Source: Podarcis erhardii
Lineage: Eukaryota
DNA length: 64,000 nucleotides
Strand: one strand, 5' to 3'
Assembly (NCBI GenBank): GCA_964252035.1
Contig: OZ176202.1
The notes beneath the pieces are model-generated. The model had not been told where the DNA came from and searched no databases. It saw nothing but the letters and a program-made list of their open reading frames with translations. Positions within the stretch are counted from its first letter, which is position 1. Every line of letters begins with the position of its first letter. Both the position numbers and the translations under genes were made by a program. This document shows, piece after piece, positions 1 to 7,616 of this stretch.

Positions 1-75
1 TGTTAAAACCGTGTTTATGGAAGACAATCTTACTCGGCTACTAACGATTGCCAAAGAAGAAGAAGAGTTAGGTAG

Positions 76-468
76 TGTCAGGGAACTGCCATCGGAGAGA
101 GAGGTGGTGGATAAGTTCCATGAGAATAGGAGAGAATCTGCAGCAGAAGGAACCAGCAGGGGGAGTGCAGGAGTCACAGCGGAGGGGAGGCTCTGGGATA
201 CTTCCAGTGACGACAGCGAAGAGGTAACAAGACCCCCGTTAGGAACTCCCACCCTGCGCCGGAAACTGTCACGCAGAGAGTCACGAAAGCGCATGTCTGT
301 CAAACAGCTTTTATGTTGGCGTAGGTTCCGTAGACGCCCACTGTCAGATTCTACCAGCGACTAACGGAGTCATGCTTTGGGGAGCTCCGTTAGTGCCTAG
401 GTTGGGATGACCAACCAAACCCCAGAGGGATCAAGCTTTACGCACAAGCAGCTCATTATCCCATCACA
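76..468 (+). repeat. 5' LTR (393 bp)
   Basis: TGTCAGGGAACT...CCCATCACA; identical by eye to 5169-5561. Confidence 0.98.
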
Positions 469-470
469 GC

Positions 471-481
471 AATCTGACAGT
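471..481 (+). promoter_or_regulatory. Self-priming primer binding site (Tf1-type)
   Basis: AATCTGACAGT, 2 nt after the LTR, is the exact reverse complement of ACTGTCAGATT at 340-350. There is no TGG-type tRNA PBS. Confidence 0.85.
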
Positions 482-514
482 CTCTGAAAGCAGCTTGTGC
501 AAGCAGAGGGCATC

Positions 515-1537
515 ATGAGCGAACCAGCTGGAACCGGAGGTGCAGGAGCTGGGGCTGGAGGAGGTCCAAGCCTGGAAGACAGGTACAGGGCGTTGGAGGT
601 CCAGCTCGCGCTGCAAACGGCGAGGCTCGAGGAGAGGAGGGCTCAAGATGCGGATAAAGGGAAACCCACCCCACTTGCCAGAAAGGTGCCTGGATTGGTG
701 CAGAAATTTGGGGGGGATCCCAGGAACTATCAAGCCTTTAGGACAGAGATGCAATATGCTCTTAACCTACTGTTTGATGACTTCCCTGATGAGAACTCTA
801 GAGTGGCGTACGTGATCGGCCATCTAGAGGGAGGGGCGAGGGACTGGGTGCGGCCCCTGATGGCAGCCAATAATGAAATCTTAAAGGACACTATGAAGTT
901 TTTTCGCGCCATGGACTTGATGTTTTCCAGTGAGATTGAGCAAGGGGTGGTGCGGAGGCAGTTAATGGCGTGTAAACAGGGGAGCCGATCTGTACGTGAG
1001 TACTGGACTGAGTTCAGCATGCTGATTCATAGACTGGGGTGGGACCTTGCGAGTGAACCTATTCAAATGCTGTTTGAAGAAGGGCTCTCTCCGGCAGTGA
1101 AAGATGAACTTTCCCGGGCGCCCAGGGCGGAGTCTATGGATCATCTGACTAAATCAGCGCTGTCCATAGGAGCGCGCCAGGAGGCAAGGGCTTTGGAAAA
1201 GCGGGAAGGAAAAGGGGAACGTTGGAAGGATTTCCGCATTCCAGAGATTCCGGAGCAGCCTTTCCCGCCAGCAGAGCCGATGGAAATTGGAACAGCGCGC
1301 GCGCGCGCAGTTTCAAACACCAGTGAAGGGCGGAAGAAGGAGGGGAAGGGCGCCAAGAGATGTTATCTCTGCCAACAGCCAGGTCACTTTGCCAGAGTCT
1401 GTCCGCAAAGGAAGGAATGGCAAGGAATGGCGGGAACTGTTGGGGGGAAGGAGGAAGGAGAAACAAGCAGCGAGCAAGTAAAAGCCAACGCCTGGCTGCC
1501 AGCATCAGGGCACCGCAGTCAGGCAGAGGAGAAGTGA
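515..1537 (+). CDS. gag: Gag (sushi/PEG10-like capsid, CCHC zinc knuckle), 340 aa from first ATG
   Basis: ORF track 497..1537; first ATG at 515. Motifs: KFGGDPRNYQAF and VIGHLEGGARDW (Ty3/sushi-type capsid), EPMEIG, and CYLCQQPGHFARVC (CX2CX4HX4C) at 1361-1402. Confidence 0.93.
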   Translation: MSEPAGTGGAGAGAGGGPSLEDRYRALEVQLALQTARLEERRAQDADKGKPTPLARKVPGLVQKFGGDPRNYQAFRTEMQYALNLLFDDFPDENSRVAYVIGHLEGGARDWVRPLMAANNEILKDTMKFFRAMDLMFSSEIEQGVVRRQLMACKQGSRSVREYWTEFSMLIHRLGWDLASEPIQMLFEEGLSPAVKDELSRAPRAESMDHLTKSALSIGARQEARALEKREGKGERWKDFRIPEIPEQPFPPAEPMEIGTARARAVSNTSEGRKKEGKGAKRCYLCQQPGHFARVCPQRKEWQGMAGTVGGKEEGETSSEQVKANAWLPASGHRSQAEEK

Positions 1538-4500
1538 ATGTGCCCACGCCGGAACCTCCAAGACCAGCGCTTGTGATAGAGGTGTTGCTGGAACTGTCCA
1601 ATGGACACCCACTAAAGATAAAAGCGCTATTGGATTCAGGCAGCTCCTGTAATTTCATGAGTAAGGAGTTTGCAGCTGAACACCAGATACAGACTATCCC
1701 ATTAAGTAAGCCTTTGCAGGTTACCACGATTGATGGGAGGGAACTGTTGGGAGGAGAAGTGAGCCAGCAGACTGTTCCAATGGTAATGAGGGTGGCAAGA
1801 CACACAGAACTGATAGCGTTTAACGTAGCCACTTTGGGAGGAGCTCCCATTATTTTGGGAATGAGCTGGCTAGCACTACACGATCCTCTAGTAGGCTGGC
1901 ATCAGAGAGTGGTTTCCTTTGGATCAGCACATTGCCTAGAACACTGCAAAGAGGGAGAGGTTCAGGCAGGGGCCAGGGCCACTCTAGCAGGGGTGGAAGT
2001 GATGGGCAAGGGCAAGGTGCCACCACAATATGCTGACTTGATTGACGTCTTTAGCGAAAAGGAAGCAGATAGACTGCCCCCGCACAGACCCTTTGACTGT
2101 CAAATTAACTTACTCCCAGGAGCACAATTGCCAGTGGGCAAGCTGTATGCAATGTCAGACAGTGAAATGCAGGAGTTAAGGGAGTTCATTGACAAGAATC
2201 TCAAGCGAGGTTTCATCAGAGAGTCACGAGCGGTGGGGGGCAGCCCAGTGTTCTTTGTGGACAAAAAACACACGGGCAAACCGAGGCTTGTATGTGACTT
2301 CAGAAGCCTAAATGCAGTGTCAGAACCAGTGACTTTCCCTATGCCTAGAATTGATGACATTCTGACACAGGTGAGAAAAGGGAAAATTTTTACCAAGCTG
2401 GACCTTAGGGGGGCATATAACTTGATACGTGTGAGAAAGGGGGATGAGTGGAAGACCACTATGTTCACCCCCTTGGGGGCTTTTGAGTATTTAGTTATGC
2501 CTTTCGGATTACAAGCGGGCTCCGCCTGCTTTCAATCATTCATGAATCACGTCCTGGGGCCACTGCTCTACAAGAACTGCGTAGCGTTCTTAGATGACGT
2601 CCTGGTGTACTCAGCGAATGAGGAGCAGCATGTGCGAGATGTAAGAGAGGTACTGAGCAAGTTGCGAGAAAATCGGCTGTGGGTGAAACTGGAGAAGTGT
2701 CAGTTTCATACCAGGGAGGTGGAATTCCTGGGGTACCGGTTGTCTGACAAGGGGTTGGCCATGGATCCCAGCAAGGTTCAAGCGGTACTGGAATGGAAAA
2801 CACCAAAGACCAAGAAGGACGTGCAAAGGTTCCTGGGCTTCGGAAACTTCTATAGGAAGTTCATCAAGAACTTTGCCCATTTGACAGCGCCTATCACGGA
2901 TTGTCTTAGTAGCAAAAAGAAATTTGTTTGGACGGAAGAAGCGCAGCGGGCGTTCGAACGCTTAAAGCAGGCGTTTGCGTCGGAAGAGCAACTGTTGCAT
3001 GTGGATCTACAACAACCAATGAGAGTGGAGACTGACGCGTCAGACCGAGCGGTGGGGGCCGTTCTTCTCCAGCCGGGAAAAGATACGTCTGAATGGAAAC
3101 CGTGTGCATTCTTCTCGCGGAAGTTGAACAAATCCGAGAGGAACTACACAGTATACGACCGAGAACTGCTCGCCATTCATGAAGCCTTCCGGAAATGGCG
3201 GCACTTGCTGATTGGGGCGCAGCACAAGGTTCAAGTCCGAACTGACCACAAAAATCTGGAATATTGGAGAACAGCCCGAGTGCTGAACCAGAGACAAGTA
3301 CGATGGGCCCAGGAGTTCTCCAAATTCCACTTTGAGATTCGTTACGTGCCCGGATCCGAGAACGTGAGGGCGGACGCTCTTTCCAGGAAACCTGAGTACT
3401 TAGAGGGGGAGGGAGCGCCCGAGGCAAGGCATGTAATCCCTGAAGACCGCTGGGTGTGTGGGGCGGCATTGGTGGGGCAGAGGGAACTGATAGAGGGTAC
3501 TGAGAACGATGAATACGCCCAAGGGAAACTCAGAGAGCTCCGGAGGGCAGAGGAGAACACAGGGGGGTTTGAAGAAAAGAACGGGGCGTTGTATTACAAA
3601 GGGGCACTGTACATACCCGACGGGGAACTGAGGGGCAGAGTACTCAAGCAGTTGCATGACAGCCCCACCGCGGGACATTTTGGACAGCACAAAACCATGT
3701 GGTTGGTTACCAGGGAGTTTTGGTGGCCCAAGGTGAGGGAGGACGTACGGGAATATGTCAGGGGTTGCGTCAGGTGCCAGCGAGCAAAAGGAGAGAGGGT
3801 GGCGCCAGCGGGGCTATTACAACCCTTACCCACGCCCGAAAGGCCATGGGAGGCAGTATCCATAGATTTTATGACGGACCTGCCAAAATCCAAAGGCAAA
3901 ACAGCTGTCATGGTGGTGGTAGATCTATTAACCAAGATGTGTCATTTTATAGCTTGTTCACATGCAGTCACAGCGGAGGAAACCGCCAAGTTGTTTGTAG
4001 AACATATTTTTAGGTTGCATGGCGCCCCCTTGAGGGTTTTGAGCGACAGAGGGAAACAATTTACTTCCAGGTTCTGGAGGAAACTGATGAGCTTATTACA
4101 CGTAGAACTCAATTTCTCAACTGCTCGGCACCCAGAAACCAATGGGCAAGCGGAAAGGGCAAATGGGATTTTACAACAATACCTGAGGTGTTATGTAAAA
4201 GACAGAGAAAATGATTGGGTGGATAAGTTACCTCTAGCAGAATTTGCCTACAACAACGCGGAGAACGTGTCCACAGGGATGAGTCCCTTTCTGGCAAATT
4301 ATGGGTGTCACCCCCGGGCATTCCCAGGAGAGGGAGGGGAGAGGTGGAGCGTGCCGGCGGCGGAATATTTTTTTGAAGAGATGGAAGCGATCCACCGTCA
4401 GCTTCAACTTAACTTAGAGAAAGCCAAGGAAGAATATAAGAAGCAAGCAGACAAAAATAGGAGGGAAGGTGAAACCATAAGGGTGGGGGACCGGGTGTGG

Positions 4501-5457
4501 TTATCCACCCAAGGACTACCGTTCAAAGGAGGGTGTAAGAAATTGAGACCCAAAAGATTGGGACCCTTTGAGGTCATACAGCAGGTCAACCCAGTAGCAT
4601 TCAAACTCAGGCTGCCCAGTCACATGAAGTTACACCCAGTATTTCACAGGTCATTACTGTCGCCGTACCGAGAGGGACGTGAGTGGGGGGAGCATGAGAG
4701 AGAGGCCACCCAAACGCCCGTGATAGAAGAGAGAGAGCGCGACATGAACGTGGCAGGAATCATTGATTCCAGGTGGAAGGGGAATCAGGTGGAATATCTG
4801 GTAGAATGGGAGGGGGAAGTAGAGTCGGAAAACACTTGGGTACCAGCAGAGGTAGTCAATGACGAGGTTTTAATAGAAACATTTCATCAGCGTTTCCCAA
4901 GAAAACCGCAACCCGTGGCACGATTTAGAAGGGAACACTTTGGTACCACCGATGAGGAAGGAGAGTTTGAAGGGTTCCCTGAGTCAGGGGTGGGTGAGGA
5001 AGCCGACTCAGACGAAGAAGAGGAAGACTGGGAGAGAGACGGTACGCCGTGGCTAGAAGTGTTTGAATCCTCGGACGACGAGGAGAGTTCCTTCAGGGGC
5101 TTTCCGTCCTCACCGCCAGTGGGAGAGGAGGCGGGAGGGGGTGAAGGGGGCCCTGGGGGGGAGGTGGATGTCAGGGAACTGCCATCGGAGAGAGAGGTGG
5201 TGGATAAGTTCCATGAGAATAGGAGAGAATCTGCAGCAGAAGGAACCAGCAGGGGGAGTGCAGGAGTCACAGCGGAGGGGAGGCTCTGGGATACTTCCAG
5301 TGACGACAGCGAAGAGGTAACAAGACCCCCGTTAGGAACTCCCACCCTGCGCCGGAAACTGTCACGCAGAGAGTCACGAAAGCGCATGTCTGTCAAACAG
5401 CTTTTATGTTGGCGTAGGTTCCGTAGACGCCCACTGTCAGATTCTACCAGCGACTAA
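1360..5457 (+). CDS. pol: Pol (protease, RT, RNase H, integrase with GPY/F, chromodomain, acidic/basic tail); -1 frame relative to gag, probably entered near 1481
   Basis: Uninterrupted 1365-codon frame. LLDSGS protease (DSG at 1633), FLDD RT motif (2587-2598), ETDAS RNase H, H-X6-H...CX2C integrase zinc finger, IDF/SDRG/PETNGQAE DDE core, LGPF GPY/F motif, chromodomain about 4741-4908. Confidence 0.96.
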   Translation: MLSLPTARSLCQSLSAKEGMARNGGNCWGEGGRRNKQRASKSQRLAASIRAPQSGRGEVNVPTPEPPRPALVIEVLLELSNGHPLKIKALLDSGSSCNFMSKEFAAEHQIQTIPLSKPLQVTTIDGRELLGGEVSQQTVPMVMRVARHTELIAFNVATLGGAPIILGMSWLALHDPLVGWHQRVVSFGSAHCLEHCKEGEVQAGARATLAGVEVMGKGKVPPQYADLIDVFSEKEADRLPPHRPFDCQINLLPGAQLPVGKLYAMSDSEMQELREFIDKNLKRGFIRESRAVGGSPVFFVDKKHTGKPRLVCDFRSLNAVSEPVTFPMPRIDDILTQVRKGKIFTKLDLRGAYNLIRVRKGDEWKTTMFTPLGAFEYLVMPFGLQAGSACFQSFMNHVLGPLLYKNCVAFLDDVLVYSANEEQHVRDVREVLSKLRENRLWVKLEKCQFHTREVEFLGYRLSDKGLAMDPSKVQAVLEWKTPKTKKDVQRFLGFGNFYRKFIKNFAHLTAPITDCLSSKKKFVWTEEAQRAFERLKQAFASEEQLLHVDLQQPMRVETDASDRAVGAVLLQPGKDTSEWKPCAFFSRKLNKSERNYTVYDRELLAIHEAFRKWRHLLIGAQHKVQVRTDHKNLEYWRTARVLNQRQVRWAQEFSKFHFEIRYVPGSENVRADALSRKPEYLEGEGAPEARHVIPEDRWVCGAALVGQRELIEGTENDEYAQGKLRELRRAEENTGGFEEKNGALYYKGALYIPDGELRGRVLKQLHDSPTAGHFGQHKTMWLVTREFWWPKVREDVREYVRGCVRCQRAKGERVAPAGLLQPLPTPERPWEAVSIDFMTDLPKSKGKTAVMVVVDLLTKMCHFIACSHAVTAEETAKLFVEHIFRLHGAPLRVLSDRGKQFTSRFWRKLMSLLHVELNFSTARHPETNGQAERANGILQQYLRCYVKDRENDWVDKLPLAEFAYNNAENVSTGMSPFLANYGCHPRAFPGEGGERWSVPAAEYFFEEMEAIHRQLQLNLEKAKEEYKKQADKNRREGETIRVGDRVWLSTQGLPFKGGCKKLRPKRLGPFEVIQQVNPVAFKLRLPSHMKLHPVFHRSLLSPYREGREWGEHEREATQTPVIEERERDMNVAGIIDSRWKGNQVEYLVEWEGEVESENTWVPAEVVNDEVLIETFHQRFPRKPQPVARFRREHFGTTDEEGEFEGFPESGVGEEADSDEEEEDWERDGTPWLEVFESSDDEESSFRGFPSSPPVGEEAGGGEGGPGGEVDVRELPSEREVVDKFHENRRESAAEGTSRGSAGVTAEGRLWDTSSDDSEEVTRPPLGTPTLRRKLSRRESRKRMSVKQLLCWRRFRRRPLSDSTSD
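1477..1545 (+). promoter_or_regulatory. Putative -1 ribosomal frameshift element with H-type pseudoknot
   Basis: Stem 1: 1490-1499 GCCTGGCTGC with 1515-1524 GCAGTCAGGC (one G-U). Stem 2: 1508-1513 GGGCAC with 1540-1545 GTGCCC. A-rich run GTA AAA ends 6 nt upstream. Located in the gag/pol overlap. Confidence 0.7.
5155..5168 (+). other. Polypurine tract
   Basis: GGGGGGGAGGTGGA directly abutting the 3' LTR; it lies within the pol reading frame. Confidence 0.8.
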
Positions 5458-5561
5458 CGGAGTCATGCTTTGGGGAGCTCCGTTAGTGCCTAGGTTGGGA
5501 TGACCAACCAAACCCCAGAGGGATCAAGCTTTACGCACAAGCAGCTCATTATCCCATCACA
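5169..5561 (+). repeat. 3' LTR (393 bp)
   Basis: Identical by eye to 76-468; its first 289 nt are in the pol frame. Confidence 0.98.
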
Positions 5562-5632
5562 GGTAGGTAGCTGAATTAGGTAGCTGAATCAAAATCGTCC
5601 CCATCCCCTTTGACATGTTGATTGAGAAATTA

Positions 5633-5784
5633 GGAAGAGCTATAACTCAGTGGTAGAACATCTGCTTAGCATGCATGAAGTCTCAGATTCAATCCTCAGC
5701 ATCTCAAAGTTGGGCTGGGAATGTCCCCTGCCTAGAACCCCAGACAGAGTCTGTCTCAGTATAAGGCTGCTTCCTATATGCCTA
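5633..5784 (+). mobile_element. tRNA-derived SINE, Squam3-like (diverged)
   Basis: Box A-like TAACTCAGTGG and box B-like GATTCAATCC in a tRNA-like head; 3' end CTCAGTATAAGGCTGCTTCCTATATGCCTA typical of squamate Squam3. Confidence 0.75.
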
Positions 5785-5823
5785 AAATGGCAGCCTCAAA
5801 TCTGTGACACTTCGGTCACACCC

Positions 5824-5940
5824 GCACCATGCATTTAAGGCACATCTAAAGCACACCTCCCCCCAAAAACCCTGGGAACTGTTCCACCACAGAGCTCTAG
5901 TTCCCAGGAACCTTTGAGGACAGCTTTAAATGCCTGGTGC
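5824..5940. mobile_element. Short palindromic MITE-like repeat (related copies near 6250-6390 and 8930-9100)
   Basis: Inverted ends GCACCATGCATTTAA ... TTTAAATGCCTGGTGC around a CTGGGAACTG/CTAGTTCCCAG core. Confidence 0.55.
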
Positions 5941-7616
5941 AGATGTGGCAATACATTGGTTGCGATGTAGGATGTTTGAATTGTGACTCCAGGCCACACA
6001 TTAGCTACACAATGCTCAATAGAACACAAGAAAAAAGAAGTCCAGTTCTTCTATGGGCTGCTAGGGCTCTGTACCAGAATTGTGTGGCATTTCCCCTAAC
6101 TGTCACTTCCTGCTGTGACTGAAGTGTTGCAAAGGGTTGTCGTCGTTGTTGTTTTTTTTAAACCCACTTCCTGGCACAAAGAAAAAATGAACACGAAAGG
6201 GAAAAGTGTTCATTACTGAGTTCCAGCACCTGTTTTTCTAGAAAAATTGCTCTGCACATACCCCACAAGAACGGGAGCATTATAGTTTACCCCTCACAGA
6301 GCTACATTTCCCAGCACCCTCAATAAACTTCACTTTCAGGGATTCGTGAGATTGGGGGCTTGAAATTTACTTTAAATATATGGTGTGCACACAGCCTGAA
6401 GCTATAGGCAATGAAGTAAGATTAGTGTGCACGTGCAAAGGGATGTAACCAGTTCTCAGATACCTATAATTTCCTCTGATCCTGACTCATTATAACACAT
6501 ACTCTTTGACTGTCATGGCTTTTAGGTTTTTAAATAGAAAAGAAATTTACAGAACAATCCGATAGCCCTACTGAGTTCAGTGGAATTTATTCCCCAATAT
6601 AGCACCACTAGCCCTAGTTACAGATAACAATTCTTTCAAAATATGTAGGGGATCGTTTTTGCTGTCTTTCAAAATTTTGGAACAGGACAGGGGAAATGAA
6701 TTAAAATCTTCATCTCACTCTTCACTTGCAAATCTTTGCTTTCCTGCTCAACTTCTGGTTTTGGCCAAAAGACAGGAGGAAAAGCCTCTGAGGCTGACAG
6801 ATTGTTTATTTTAAATGTTTGTTATTTTAAAAACCAAACCTAGGGTTGAAATAGCTAATTAAAACTCTTCCCTCTAAATGTGACAGCTCCAGATTGTTGG
6901 TTCAAGGGGGGGAAAAAGGTATAAAAGGAACATTCTTGGATGCCAAGATCCAAGTTTGGGGCAAGTACTCTTTGGTGTGGGAACCCCAGCAGAGATTTAA
7001 AATCAGAGAATAGGCAGCAAAGTGTGGAAATATAGACTTAAAAATATGTCCCTCCAAGTGAGTTCCAAAATGTCCCCTTAAAGGGTTTCTTTTCAAGATA
7101 CAGAGAAAAGACCAAATGTTTGGTAAGTCAAAAATGGTTTGTATATATGCATTGTTGTTCTAAATCAGTTTGATTTTTGTTAAAATGAACAGCAGTATAC
7201 AATCATTTTTTCATAAATAGAACACATTTTAAAATGATGCATCCCCTTTCATACTAACCCAACTGCAATGCCTACTTGTATTTCTGCAAGACTGCAGTTC
7301 TGAGGCATCTGATCAAGGCCTGTATTTTAAAATGAGCAAAAAGATATATTTGCAAAAGTTTGTATGTTTCATGCCAGGCAGAAACCAGCTGGCTAAGTAC
7401 TTTGGCAGTTGTTTATCTTCCTGCTCTCCTGAACAAGGGCCCCCCTGATTTATAGCAGTAGCAGGAGACAAGTTTCTCAAAGTTGTAAAAGGGAATGACA
7501 GGCTGGGAGCAAAGGTTACACTGACCCTACATATTACAGAATACAATCAAGCTGCAAAAACACTAATTAAGAGTTGGTAAATAGTAAGATTTATTGTTTA
7601 ACAGAAAATAATACCA

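Larger units (their letters stand above)
76..5561 (+). mobile_element. Full-length Ty3/Gypsy chromovirus LTR retrotransposon (Tf1/sushi-like), intact
   Basis: Two 393-bp direct repeats starting TGT and ending ACA. 5-bp TSD GGTAG at 71-75 and 5562-5566. gag (capsid, CCHC knuckle) is followed by pol with PR-RT-RNaseH-IN-chromodomain order, which is the Gypsy arrangement. Confidence 0.98.

Noticed and set aside
1441-1450. GGG GGG AAG run as the gag/pol slippery site
   Set aside because: It does not fit X_XXY_YYZ in the gag frame and is about 40 nt from the pseudoknot, too far for normal spacing.
4887-5396. 169-aa minus-strand ORF, plus many other antisense ORFs within 464-4604
   Set aside because: Antisense shadows of the purine-rich pol/gag frames (Ser/Pro-rich, low complexity), with no recognisable domain.
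5641-5700. tRNA-like sequence
   Set aside because: SINE head with degenerate stems, not a functional tRNA gene.
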